Positions 9,559 through 19,334 of a stretch of 64,000 nucleotides of DNA are shown here, in pieces. Location of the stretch: positions 9,135-73,134 of IMG/VR virus record IMGVR_UViG_3300017752_000004. One strand, written 5' to 3'. A program made the position numbers and the translations under genes. Position 1 is the stretch's first letter. Each line of letters opens with the position of its first letter. Source of the DNA: a virus. The notes beneath the pieces were generated by a model. It was not told the DNA's origin. It ran no database searches and saw only the letters and a list, made by a program, of their open reading frames with translations.

Positions 9559-10238
9559 TATTTGTCCTCCTTCCATGCTTCTACGCAAAAACGATCACTG
9601 CCAAAATGGTCAAGTCGTGGGTTAGATAAACTGGCTTGCCTGCCAGGCTGACGATTGCAGATGCATTTATATGTTTGAAATGCATCGATATCTTCTTTGT
9701 TTTCATAATAAATAGATTTGGCTTTTATTATTCTCTTTTTGGGGCTGATGTTAGCGTACTCCTTAACTTTTTCTTTGAGTAAAAAGTCAAAGGGGAGATT
9801 ATTGTCTTCCATAATAAAATCGATCTCGTTTGGCAGGCGCGGCATGCAGTTAGCAAAACTAGTAAGGTTTTTATGCAAGAATGAATCATAAAATGGAATT
9901 GCAAACTTTAGATTATCGTAGTCGAACCAAGGCGTTTTCAATTTTTTACTGAAGCTTTCGGTATGTAACTTGTATAGATCCTTACATCCTTTATCTCCAT
10001 CTGCAAAAGCCAACACCTTACTTTCTGATTCTTCGCTTTCATCATCATTGTATATGGACACACGAAGGCCGAATTTAAGACGACTCCCGAACGATCTAAA
10101 AGCTTCTGGAAACCCAGTCATAGAGTCTTCTACTATGAATACGTCTTCAATCTTGTTATCTGTGCAGATGCGATCAATATCATTGACTCGCAAAATACTA
10201 CGACCAATTGAAAAATGAGTTTTGAATAATGGAATCAT
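9558..10238 (-). CDS. Stand-alone PHP domain of DNA polymerase III alpha
   Basis: LFKTHFSIGRSIL..D, VEDSMTGF, GCKDLYKLHTES resemble the DnaE N-terminal PHP; the core dnaE lacks this domain. Confidence 0.8.
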   Translation of the reverse strand: MIPLFKTHFSIGRSILRVNDIDRICTDNKIEDVFIVEDSMTGFPEAFRSFGSRLKFGLRVSIYNDDESEESESKVLAFADGDKGCKDLYKLHTESFSKKLKTPWFDYDNLKFAIPFYDSFLHKNLTSFANCMPRLPNEIDFIMEDNNLPFDFLLKEKVKEYANISPKKRIIKAKSIYYENKEDIDAFQTYKCICNRQPGRQASLSNPRLDHFGSDRFCVEAWKEDK

Positions 10239-10255
10239 TTAGCTACGCTATTCTA

Positions 10256-11257
10256 TTAATATCGCTTTGTCAAGTGTTTTGGGCAGCCTCCATAGTGTTT
10301 TACTTCATGACTGCCGCCCTCTGGAACCATCTCCTTGTCAAAATCATCTTGGAAGCATGAAGAAGCAAATTCTCCATCTTTGTTTTTAATTTCAACGTAG
10401 AAAAAATCAAACTTATACGGACAATGCCACATCACAGTGCCATCTTTTTTGAGTTGTCCTTTTTCTTTTGCAAAGCCGCATTGAAGTTTGCCGCCGAAGG
10501 AGCCGTCGGAAGGGAAGCCTTTATCTAAAGCAAAGTTAGATACCGCATTTTTTTCATCAAAATTTTCCAAATAATCTTGGATTGATGCCAATTGCAATTC
10601 AAAACCTTCTAGATCGTCTTCTTCAATAGGGTCCATCTTCATTAGTCCGTTTTTGTTTAAGTCAAACTTTAAAAACAAGAATTCTGAAGTTCTATTCGCG
10701 TATTCTGGGAATAGGTGCTTGATGGCCAAGCAATACATATAGTCTTGTAGGTTGTCTTCTTTTTCTTTACCTTCAAACATCTTTTTGCTTGTTTTGTAAT
10801 CTCGGATAATAGCTATCTTTTTATCCTTATACAGAAAGAGTTGGTCAATAAAGCCTCGGATATGGTATCCGTTTTTCTCGATGTCAAAGCCTAACTCGGA
10901 ATGAGCTTCGTCTGGCACGCCCAAGTCTTCCCCGTGGAAATTACAACTAAGGCCATTGAGAATCATCTCTTTGATCATAGTCATGTTGTCTTCGTCTGTC
11001 ACCCCTAGTTCTGTAGCATCTGACATGATCAAATCCTTGACAGCTTTAGCGGCAAAAGGATCTTGAGCTTTTACAACTTTATTAAAGTGAGTCTTCGTCT
11101 TTTCCTTTGAAAGAAATTCAAAAACATTGTGACACACAGTGCCTCGTCTAGCTCCATCATTATTAGTGTCTGGTAGTTTTTGCTTGTATTTTGTCCAGTA
11201 GATCCAACTACACGATTGCGCCGTCTTAATGCGACTTGCTGATAATTTAACTTCCAT
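10256..11257 (-). CDS. PD-(D/E)XK exonuclease (RecB/Cas4-like)
   Basis: LSASRI..C, GTVCH, RGFIDQL, IRDYKT, QDYMY, C-terminal Cys residues. Confidence 0.85.
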   Translation of the reverse strand: MEVKLSASRIKTAQSCSWIYWTKYKQKLPDTNNDGARRGTVCHNVFEFLSKEKTKTHFNKVVKAQDPFAAKAVKDLIMSDATELGVTDEDNMTMIKEMILNGLSCNFHGEDLGVPDEAHSELGFDIEKNGYHIRGFIDQLFLYKDKKIAIIRDYKTSKKMFEGKEKEDNLQDYMYCLAIKHLFPEYANRTSEFLFLKFDLNKNGLMKMDPIEEDDLEGFELQLASIQDYLENFDEKNAVSNFALDKGFPSDGSFGGKLQCGFAKEKGQLKKDGTVMWHCPYKFDFFYVEIKNKDGEFASSCFQDDFDKEMVPEGGSHEVKHYGGCPKHLTKRY

Positions 11258-12290
11258 TTAAAATTTTGATTAATTTTTTGCAGTGAGTGTTTTTTGATAA
11301 CGCCTCGTTTGATTTAATTTGCTTCAAGACATACTGTTGAAATTTGTCATCTCCCAGGCTCCATTTGTTGCATCGTCCGTGCCATTCCGTAAAGCCGCTA
11401 AGTTTGCCTGTGTCGGATTCTAGCATATCTCCAAAATCATTACATAGAGGCGGGTTTATTTTAATCACCGAAAGATCAAACACAGAAGCCAGCTTTGAAG
11501 CTATCTTAATTGACGCCAAGGCCCCAGAGTTTGTTTGCTTGGTGTTATCATTGTTTGTCGCTATAACAATCCTATGAAGATCAAAAGAATTTAAATAAGA
11601 TATAAGCGCTGGCGAAGCGTCCAGCCCAAAAGTAACCAATACGTTTTTAAAACCAGCTTCATATAGAGCAAGGCAGTCCCCGATACTCTCCACTAAGATA
11701 ACTTCGTTAAGGTCTTCTATCGGCTTGTGAGAGAGCTGGTGAGGGTAGACCCATCCACTCTTACGTCCCATGTGTTTCCATTTTGGAATATGCTCATCGT
11801 TAGTGACTGAGCGGCCAGAAAAGCCATGAATTTGTCCATCTAGGTTATGGATAGGAAAAACTATACGGCGGTACATCTTACCTCCCCCAGCGTAGCCGCA
11901 TTTAAATTCATCTTGAATAGATGAAGATACCCCCCTTTTCTCGTAGAAGGTTTTCATTGGCAGTAGTTTTTCTAAATGTGATTCTGGGTAAATTTTTTCC
12001 ATTTCTATAACGTCTTCTTTCTTTGTCTCAAACCCTTTTTGGTCTGGATTATTGACCATATACTCTTTGAGAGCTTTAGGGTCTTCTGTTTTTAAAGTCT
12101 CCTTGATTAGAGCGGTAAAAGGTTTTGCTTGGTCATCTCCGCCAAAATCCCTCCATACTCCAGAGTCTTTATATATTATAAGGGAAGTATTTGTTTTTCC
12201 ATTGCGGAAGGTTGCGCGAGTTCTCCAGTGAGAGCCGCAATCTTGCAAGACATAACCTAACTTCTCTAATGAATGTTTGTACTCACTCAT
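11247..12290 (-). CDS. dnaG: DNA primase (TOPRIM)
   Basis: RIVFPI, GFSGR, PKWKH, LVESIGD, NNDN, NDFGD; adjacent to dnaB. Confidence 0.85.
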   Translation of the reverse strand: MSEYKHSLEKLGYVLQDCGSHWRTRATFRNGKTNTSLIIYKDSGVWRDFGGDDQAKPFTALIKETLKTEDPKALKEYMVNNPDQKGFETKKEDVIEMEKIYPESHLEKLLPMKTFYEKRGVSSSIQDEFKCGYAGGGKMYRRIVFPIHNLDGQIHGFSGRSVTNDEHIPKWKHMGRKSGWVYPHQLSHKPIEDLNEVILVESIGDCLALYEAGFKNVLVTFGLDASPALISYLNSFDLHRIVIATNNDNTKQTNSGALASIKIASKLASVFDLSVIKINPPLCNDFGDMLESDTGKLSGFTEWHGRCNKWSLGDDKFQQYVLKQIKSNEALSKNTHCKKLIKILNGS

Positions 12291-13804
12291 AGATCATCGA
12301 AGGATGGAATGTCAGAAGAATCACTTGAGGCTAAATTGCCCCCATGATTTCTGAAACTCATAATGTCTCGCAAGTCTCCACATTCTGTAATGTTGAAATT
12401 ATGGAACGAAAGGTTCATGAAATTCTTACGAAGGGTGTCGTCTACCTGCACGGGCTCTACTGCCCCAGCAATATCCTTACCTAAGTGTCGGGACTTAACA
12501 TTGATTAATTTATGAGTTCCAAACTGAGGTCCCTCTTCTGCAATTTCATCGTTTGTTTTTTGACGAAGAATAAACATATGCGAGCAAAATTGAGTGATTC
12601 GGTCTGAAAGAGAAACGATAGATTCGTCGTCAACGATATTAGCGCTCTGTCTGTTAGTTGTAATACCGCTTCTGTTGGATTGTACAGAAGTGATCATTGG
12701 TATCACTGGATTGCCATCTTCAAGTATTTCTTTTTGGATGCATTTTTTAAATTTGTCTACCATTTCACCGACTGTTTGCCATTCGCTTTTACTCCCGCCC
12801 CCGCTATCTGAAGAAGTTTTAATGTAGTCAAAGGAAAAAATCATTTTATTGCCTCGACCAACTTTTGAATAGTAAAACCTTTTAAGACTATTAATCATTG
12901 AATCAACATCCATTCCACCAACATTGTAGTAGTAGAATTTTAAATTTTTAACCTTCTTCCACACTGCTCTTACTTTTTGAACAGTTTCCGCTCCAGCCTG
13001 TCTCCACTTGCCGCTTTCTAGTAAATAGGATGGCACGCCAGATAGTGCAGCACATTGCCGAATAATCAATTCTTCCTTGCTCATCTCGCCATTATCAAAA
13101 TGAAGAACTGGGACATCGTATTTTGCTGAAACCTTGGTGGAGTAATCCATGCAGTACTGCGTCTTACCCACACCAGAGCGAGCAACAATAACCGTAATAT
13201 TTCCTGGACGGAGAAGAGAGCCGTAAATATCATTGATTTTTTCGTGAGGCCCCATCATGCCAAATTCCTCTAGTGGGTTATTGCCGCGCTCTTCAATGAA
13301 CTCTTCCATTCCTTCGAAAATGTTTTCTGGAACATCAGATCCAATTTCGAACATATTGATGTTCTCGTTATAAATCTGATCAGCAGACTCGATGATCTTT
13401 AGGTAAGGCATGTCCGCAGAAAGAGCCTTCATAGAATCAGCTATTTTCTTGGCAGTCTTACTGATTTCTCTGCGAACGCTATACTTCTTCAACTCCTTGA
13501 TTGACGACTCAATCTTTCCTTCAGAGTGGATCTTGCGCATGGATAACGAGCGAACGTAATCTATCAATGAAATGTTTTCTTCAAACTTAATCCCAAGATC
13601 TTGGATTCTTTGGACTAAGACGATATCGTCAATTTGCTCGTCTCGCTCAGAAGCTCTCTTTAGAACGGCGAACAGCGTTCTATGCAAAAGAGAATTGTCA
13701 TAAAAATCAGACTCTCCAATAAGATGCATGAAATTAAACAGAACCTTTGGTTTTTGAATAAAGGCTGCTAGGACTTGCTTTTCTATTTCGAGACTATATA
13801 TCAT
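12287..13804 (-). CDS. dnaB: Replicative helicase
   Basis: EIEKQVLAA, Walker A ARSGVGKT, GEMS, FDYI, QSNR, KSRH; start set at 13804 because a promoter covers the upstream ATG. Confidence 0.92.
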   Translation of the reverse strand: MIYSLEIEKQVLAAFIQKPKVLFNFMHLIGESDFYDNSLLHRTLFAVLKRASERDEQIDDIVLVQRIQDLGIKFEENISLIDYVRSLSMRKIHSEGKIESSIKELKKYSVRREISKTAKKIADSMKALSADMPYLKIIESADQIYNENINMFEIGSDVPENIFEGMEEFIEERGNNPLEEFGMMGPHEKINDIYGSLLRPGNITVIVARSGVGKTQYCMDYSTKVSAKYDVPVLHFDNGEMSKEELIIRQCAALSGVPSYLLESGKWRQAGAETVQKVRAVWKKVKNLKFYYYNVGGMDVDSMINSLKRFYYSKVGRGNKMIFSFDYIKTSSDSGGGSKSEWQTVGEMVDKFKKCIQKEILEDGNPVIPMITSVQSNRSGITTNRQSANIVDDESIVSLSDRITQFCSHMFILRQKTNDEIAEEGPQFGTHKLINVKSRHLGKDIAGAVEPVQVDDTLRKNFMNLSFHNFNITECGDLRDIMSFRNHGGNLASSDSSDIPSFDDL

Positions 13805-13813
13805 ATATAACGC

Positions 13814-13841
13814 ATAATACATGCGCCGTAGACATTGTCAA
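13814..13841 (-). promoter_or_regulatory. sigma70-type promoter of dnaB
   Basis: TTGACA-N16-TATTAT. Confidence 0.6.
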
Positions 13842-13844
13842 GGG

Positions 13845-14087
13845 TTAATCTAGCTCTTCCGCTTCAATTATATTTTGAGAATACTCTTTAGTGTAGTTTT
13901 CAATAGATTTTATCAACCCAGACTCTGTTATTTGGGATTCGCAATTTGTATAAATAATTGGGGTTCCATCCTCGTTACAATAAGCCATTATAAAGCCTTT
14001 GTAGCACTCCGCAGAACCAGTAAGTTCATATAATTGTCGTAAAATTTTATCTGGAAGCTCGAATTGCTTGAATTTTGGTTTATCCAT
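13845..14087 (-). CDS. Hypothetical protein
   Basis: 80-aa ORF, GTGTAA 10 nt before the ATG. Confidence 0.65.
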   Translation of the reverse strand: MDKPKFKQFELPDKILRQLYELTGSAECYKGFIMAYCNEDGTPIIYTNCESQITESGLIKSIENYTKEYSQNIIEAEELD

Positions 14088-14102
14088 GTGAATTATTTTA
14101 CA

Positions 14103-14504
14103 CTACCCCAAAAGTTTTGCGAAAAATTCTTCTGACAATTCATCATCTGGGTATATTTGGAGTAGTTCTATTTTATTTATCTCACAAAAATCCATTTTTT
14201 TATCATCTCTACGTATTTGGCTTAAAAAATTAGCTCTAGTTCTATGAAAAAACGCAACAAACTTCAAGTGTTGTGCGCCTTGCACTTCTATAGCTATACC
14301 TTTAGTGTGGTTGTAAAAATCTAGAGAGAGTTGAGTGCCAACCACCTTAAATTCTTCGTACACGGCGTCATATTTCCAGTATTGATAAAGATACTTTCTA
14401 ACTTCGGCCTGAAACTTACTACGGCACTTGCCATTCCACTTTATTTTATACTTATGAGCGTTTCTTAAGTTTTTTTCTTTGCCATGTAGGGTTTTAAATT
14501 TCAT
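14103..14504 (-). CDS. Vsr/DUF559-like PD-(D/E)XK endonuclease
   Basis: SKFQ, LSLDFY, IAIEVQGAQH, RRDDKK. Confidence 0.8.
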   Translation of the reverse strand: MKFKTLHGKEKNLRNAHKYKIKWNGKCRSKFQAEVRKYLYQYWKYDAVYEEFKVVGTQLSLDFYNHTKGIAIEVQGAQHLKFVAFFHRTRANFLSQIRRDDKKMDFCEINKIELLQIYPDDELSEEFFAKLLG

Positions 14505-14564
14505 AAACGAGTAACCCTCCTGGTGCGCATCGTGGAGTGGCGTGGAGGGTGTTGTTAGGGTTAT

Positions 14565-15677
14565 TTACACCAATTCTGTAATATTGGATTTAAAATAATT
14601 TATCAAAAACTCAGACAAACTTTTGTTTTCTTCAATAAAATTGAATACATTGGCTTCTCCATGAATTTTTTCTGGAACATCTGGGCAAAAATCTTTAACC
14701 ATTTCTTTCAACTCTTCGCCAACGGTAATCCATGCTCCTTTTTTACTGATAAACTCCCACATATACAACAAATCTACAAGTTCTTTTTCAACCCAGATTG
14801 ACGTGCCGTTAGTTCTTCCGTAGCGAATTGGGTAAGGTATTGTGTTGTTTGTCTTTTCGTTAGGGGATTTTTTGATAGAAGCTTTGGCCCAATGCCCAAT
14901 AATTGGATTAGTTTTAGGGCAGGGTTGCTTTTTAGATGGATCTTGCAAAATCATATCCCCCCTATACCTAGGTTCAAATTCAATAATATAATTAGCGAAG
15001 TGAAGTAAGGCGTTGCCTCCAGTTGCGGATGTCTGACGCACAGGAGCCTTTGAGTATGGGTCAATCTTAATGTCTGCCCTCACTTGGCTGATGAAGATGG
15101 CCATATGGCCCCTTTTTGTGAGTTTAATAGACATTCTCTTCATAAAGTTGGCTGCGATGACCGCACCGCCAGCAACTTTGTTAGAATCGTAAAACGATTT
15201 TTCTATATCCTGCTTAGAAATCAACCCATCCACTGAGTCTAGAATAAAACAATATTTAAATTTATCTTCGTTTTTCTCGACCAAAGTATGTATTGCGTCA
15301 ACTACAACCTCATAAATATTACTCTCAAAAACAAAACAAGTTCCTTGTACCCAGTCTTTAGCTGAAAAAACAAATCTTACGCCAGATCTTTTCATCATTT
15401 CATTCGAAAGCCGACCTTCAGCTTTGATATAAAACCCTTTAGACCCTGGAACGTCATTTAGCATATTTTTCATAACCTCCAATGAGGCCGATGTTTTGCC
15501 TCCCTCGTTCATTCCAACGAAACGATGTAGGCCAGGGCCGAATCCCCCATTAAGCATTAAATCAAGTTGCAGGGAGCCGCTCGAAGCTTTATAATCGATA
15601 GCATCTTCGAAGTTGTAATGATCTTCCTTTTTGTCTTTAAGAAATTTTTCTAGTAGTTCTGAATCTTTATCGCTCAT
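14565..15677 (-). CDS. recA: RecA/UvsX-family recombinase
   Basis: SGSLQLD, GMNEGGKT, ILDSV, FISQVR, TGGNALLH. Confidence 0.9.
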   Translation of the reverse strand: MSDKDSELLEKFLKDKKEDHYNFEDAIDYKASSGSLQLDLMLNGGFGPGLHRFVGMNEGGKTSASLEVMKNMLNDVPGSKGFYIKAEGRLSNEMMKRSGVRFVFSAKDWVQGTCFVFESNIYEVVVDAIHTLVEKNEDKFKYCFILDSVDGLISKQDIEKSFYDSNKVAGGAVIAANFMKRMSIKLTKRGHMAIFISQVRADIKIDPYSKAPVRQTSATGGNALLHFANYIIEFEPRYRGDMILQDPSKKQPCPKTNPIIGHWAKASIKKSPNEKTNNTIPYPIRYGRTNGTSIWVEKELVDLLYMWEFISKKGAWITVGEELKEMVKDFCPDVPEKIHGEANVFNFIEENKSLSEFLINYFKSNITELV

Positions 15678-16030
15678 TTAAATAGTTCTTTTGTGTTCTT
15701 TGGTTTATTATCCACTGGAACGTAGTCGTTTCCAGTCTTTTCTCCTAAATCGAACGTACCGTATTTAGATAGATCAGCTTTAAAATTGAAATTTCTCCAT
15801 TTTCTGTCCATCGGCTTTACTAATGGTTGGGAAACGATGTACGCGAGACTGTCGTACTTCTTGGGGAATGTAGCTACCTCTAAGAACTCCAATGAGTATC
15901 TATCTTCAAGGTCCTTCAAAAGCTTCATTTCTCTAGCCCAAAAAAACCTTTTACCGTTTTTTGGTACATCCACCAATCTTTCAATGACGGCCTGTCTTCT
16001 TTTATGCGGAGTTAGCTTTTTTGATGTCAT
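15674..16030 (-). CDS. Hypothetical protein
   Basis: ORF coupled to recA (ATGA overlap) and overlapping the gmd end. Confidence 0.6.
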   Translation of the reverse strand: MTSKKLTPHKRRQAVIERLVDVPKNGKRFFWAREMKLLKDLEDRYSLEFLEVATFPKKYDSLAYIVSQPLVKPMDRKWRNFNFKADLSKYGTFDLGEKTGNDYVPVDNKPKNTKELFK

Positions 16031-18086
16031 TTTCAACCATCCTACGAACTAGTGTAGCAAAGTCAACACTTTTTTCCCAATTTAAATCTTTTTGAGCTTC
16101 AGATGGATCTCCCAGTAAAAGTTCAACCTCCGCTGGCCTATAAAAGTCTGGGTTTACCTTAACTAAAGAAATCTCAGATGTAGATTTTCCAAGAAGATTA
16201 AATTTTTCATCTACCCCGCTGCCGCTCCAAGAGCCTTTAATGCCAGCGTTTTCGAAAGCTAACTCTACAAACTCACGCACCGTATGGGTTTCCCCAGAAG
16301 CCAGAAGATAGTCTTTTGGCTCATCTCCGTTCAGCATTAACCAAACCGCACTCACGAAGTCTTCTGCGTGGCTCCAATCTCTCTTGGCGTCCATATTGCC
16401 TAACTCAAGTAAATCAAAGTCGAGATCACCTTCAGATAGACATTTAGAAATTCTAGCCACAGCTTTGGTAATTTTTCTAGTTACAAACTCTTCTCCCCTA
16501 CGCTCTGAATTGCCAACTTTAATTTTACCCACTCCGCCAGAAAAGTAACCCGTCTCAGTTTCAATATCATATACAAAGCAGTCTTCCACATCTCTAGCTA
16601 TTGTTTTTTTAATTTCTTTCTTATTTTTTAGTAAATGGACGCCCTTTTTAGAACCACTTAATAAATTGACTTGATAATAAATTTTTTCATTTTGTTCAAA
16701 AACATTTATATTAAAATCTTTATTAGTTATTTCTTCAAAAATTAAAATTAACCCATGAGCCAAAATTGGAGAATTAGTCTTAAAGGATGCCCAATTAACG
16801 TCCAGAAAATCGGGTTCTCCATTTTTTAAGCCATCACAAGCGTAATACGCCTTAAAGAACTCTTCTTTGCAATGTTTTCCACTGTTTAAAATATTATCTG
16901 GAACTTTTTTGTGCTTAGTCTTTTTGTCATATATCTCCTCCCTGTATGTTTTGCAAACTTTTGATATGCCAGATACTGTAACTCTTTTAGAACCTTCTCC
17001 ACCAAAACCAGATGGAGCATTTTCAATTCTGCATTTTGCATTAGAATGAGTTTGCTCTATACATTCAATAAAATCGTTCAAGATTTCAACGCTTTGATTT
17101 ACAAACTGTATTTCATATTCGCTTACATAGCCATCGCCAACAAGATACCCTAGTATTTTGCATTGTTGAGGGGTTAAATTTATTTTTGAGAAAAGATTGG
17201 GTAATGATAAATGATCAATTTCGTCTTTGATTTTTAGTTTTTTGACTTGAGTTTTTTCTGCATTTAAAAACAAAGAATGATTAGGGGTCGTCTCTACGAC
17301 TCCGTTTCTAGTGTTTGTTAAGACTAATTTTTGATTAGTTTTTTCTAGCGTATTTATTTTTTTTCTAGAAATAGCTTTGATGTTCACAAAAGATTCTCCA
17401 TCCCAAATCTTTAAATTATCAAATTCTTTGGTAAGGATAGAATTTTCTTTCGATATATCTGCCCTTTCTGGCATTAAATTTCTAATATAATCTATTCTTA
17501 TTTTTCCTTCCTTTGAAATCAATACAGGTGTATTTGCTGACAGGCATTCATGATTAAACAAATAACCCTGAACAGCAAAAAGATCATAGGAATCCCGCCA
17601 AACTTTGACAATTTGTCTAGCTGCAACTTTTGACGCCCCATAGGGGCTTCTAGGTCTAGACGGGTGATTTAAATCTTGCGGGCTATACGCAACATCGCCA
17701 AACTCTTCCGATGAACCAGCATTATAGTATTTACAATCAGGGCAGTACTTACGGATTGCTTCAAGTTGATGAAGGACTCCCATTGTATTGTTTTGAAAAT
17801 GATTAACTGGCATTCTCCAGCTATTACCAACAAAAGAATTAGCAGCAAAATTAATAAAATAATCTGGCTTAATCTCCTCAACACAGGATCTAATGCTATG
17901 CTCATCCCCGAGATCCATTTCGACAAGCTCAAAGTTTGGGTCTTTAATATGCTTAATATTATCGTGATTTGGAACACTTAATCTACGGATAGCTCCATAA
18001 ACCTTACAGTCAGTGAATTTCAAAAGAAAGTCTGCCATGTATGATCCGACTTGCCCCGTTACGCCTGTTACTATTACTTTTTTCAT
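16002..18086 (-). CDS. gmd: GDP-mannose 4,6-dehydratase, intein-containing
   Basis: TGVTGQVGSY, SSEEFG, PRSPYGASK, LFNHE/SERRGEEFVTRKIT, LGNMDAKRDW, RPAEVELLLGD. Confidence 0.95.
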   Translation of the reverse strand: MKKVIVTGVTGQVGSYMADFLLKFTDCKVYGAIRRLSVPNHDNIKHIKDPNFELVEMDLGDEHSIRSCVEEIKPDYFINFAANSFVGNSWRMPVNHFQNNTMGVLHQLEAIRKYCPDCKYYNAGSSEEFGDVAYSPQDLNHPSRPRSPYGASKVAARQIVKVWRDSYDLFAVQGYLFNHECLSANTPVLISKEGKIRIDYIRNLMPERADISKENSILTKEFDNLKIWDGESFVNIKAISRKKINTLEKTNQKLVLTNTRNGVVETTPNHSLFLNAEKTQVKKLKIKDEIDHLSLPNLFSKINLTPQQCKILGYLVGDGYVSEYEIQFVNQSVEILNDFIECIEQTHSNAKCRIENAPSGFGGEGSKRVTVSGISKVCKTYREEIYDKKTKHKKVPDNILNSGKHCKEEFFKAYYACDGLKNGEPDFLDVNWASFKTNSPILAHGLILIFEEITNKDFNINVFEQNEKIYYQVNLLSGSKKGVHLLKNKKEIKKTIARDVEDCFVYDIETETGYFSGGVGKIKVGNSERRGEEFVTRKITKAVARISKCLSEGDLDFDLLELGNMDAKRDWSHAEDFVSAVWLMLNGDEPKDYLLASGETHTVREFVELAFENAGIKGSWSGSGVDEKFNLLGKSTSEISLVKVNPDFYRPAEVELLLGDPSEAQKDLNWEKSVDFATLVRRMVENDIKKANSA
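16509..17546 (-). mobile_element. Intein (346 aa) with LAGLIDADG homing endonuclease in gmd
   Basis: Starts CLSANT, block B TPNH, LGYLVGDG and AYYACDG, VYDIET, ends KVGN before Ser; removal restores NHE-S. Confidence 0.92.
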
Positions 18087-18087
18087 A

Positions 18088-18900
18088 TTAAATAAATCTA
18101 TTTTCTATATAGTAATTTGTTGGATGGTATATTTCTAGTTCTTTGTCTAAAAGTATTTTACCCCCATTAGATATGATTTGAGAGCATAGCCCTTTAAAAG
18201 CTTCATTATCAAAATTCAAATCTTTAACATCAGAAGCTCTAACCAGGCAGCAAGATCCCACGGAATCCATTTCCATATATCTTTCTTTCGTTAAATAATA
18301 TTCTATATTATATGGGGGTTGGTTTGTCCAAGTTGATCCATTTTTGTTTTTGTAGGCCCATGTATCATAGAAAACTTTTTCACTATTTAGTAATTTTCCA
18401 TCTTTGCTTTTGACAAACCCACCTGGTCTCATAACCAATTTGGCAAATATTATTGGGGAAATTGCGGAGATTGTTTTATCTGATTCCATTTTTTCAACCA
18501 ACTGATTTATGGTATCTTTTTGTGGAAAAATCAAATCCGATTCTGTCCATAAAATATAATCGGGGTTGAAATTTTTAGCAAAGGAAAAAAGCAGATTGGC
18601 TAAAAACCCAAGAGCATTAATTCTTTTAGCGGACGAAACAGACCTTACTGGACCAAAATCTAAATCGTCACTTAATTTCAAGAAATTGACATTCTTGTTC
18701 TTTTTTTGGTTAATTCTGATATGCCTCTCTGTCTCATCTTGAGAGTCGTTTTCTAGGACATTTATAGATAGATTAAAATTTTTATTTAAATTTTGTTTTT
18801 GCTCCTCAATCGTATTAAAAAAACGATTAACTTGATCCGTTTCTATGCTGTGCCAACGAACAGAGTCTTTAAAGAGGGAGCATATGGCTATATTTTTCAT
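18088..18900 (-). CDS. GT-A fold glycosyltransferase (GT2/Anp1-like)
   Basis: LENDSQDET, ILWTESDL, FYDTWA, MDSVGSCCLV, IYHP. Confidence 0.7.
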   Translation of the reverse strand: MKNIAICSLFKDSVRWHSIETDQVNRFFNTIEEQKQNLNKNFNLSINVLENDSQDETERHIRINQKKNKNVNFLKLSDDLDFGPVRSVSSAKRINALGFLANLLFSFAKNFNPDYILWTESDLIFPQKDTINQLVEKMESDKTISAISPIIFAKLVMRPGGFVKSKDGKLLNSEKVFYDTWAYKNKNGSTWTNQPPYNIEYYLTKERYMEMDSVGSCCLVRASDVKDLNFDNEAFKGLCSQIISNGGKILLDKELEIYHPTNYYIENRFI

Positions 18901-18911
18901 ATCAACGTATA

Positions 18912-19334
18912 CTAATTGCTGCCAATGAAAAGTCTAGAAAAATAATAACTCTTATCGCATTCTGATGTTTTTGTGAATCTAAATTTTTTATACAAACCAA
19001 CTGCTTCTGGGTTAAGCTTATGTACTGATAATTTTAAATTTATTTTACACTGGTCGGCGTAATTGGTTAAATAGCTCATTAGTTTTGTCCCATAACCTAA
19101 TTTAACTTTAGATTCAACAATACATATTCCAAGCCAAACCGTTTCTCCATCTTTATCTAGGTGGCCATAGCCAACTGGATTGTCGTCTTCATATAAAAGA
19201 ATTGTAATTATATGGTTATTTAAAGAACCCAAATCTCTTGTATTGAAATATGTAAATGTATCAGATGAGCTACCCATCTGTTCTATAAAAAGTTTTATGT
19301 CTTTATTGTTTTTGCCTACCTCTTTAAGCATCAT
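18912..19334 (-). CDS. GNAT N-acetyltransferase
   Basis: VGYGHLD, LGYGTKLM, NPEAVGLYKKFRF. Confidence 0.8.
   Translation of the reverse strand: MMLKEVGKNNKDIKLFIEQMGSSSDTFTYFNTRDLGSLNNHIITILLYEDDNPVGYGHLDKDGETVWLGICIVESKVKLGYGTKLMSYLTNYADQCKINLKLSVHKLNPEAVGLYKKFRFTKTSECDKSYYFSRLFIGSN

Noticed and set aside
10256-11257. Cas4-like nuclease as part of a CRISPR system
   Set aside because: It sits in the replication operon with no cas1/cas2 or array, typical of a stand-alone phage exonuclease.
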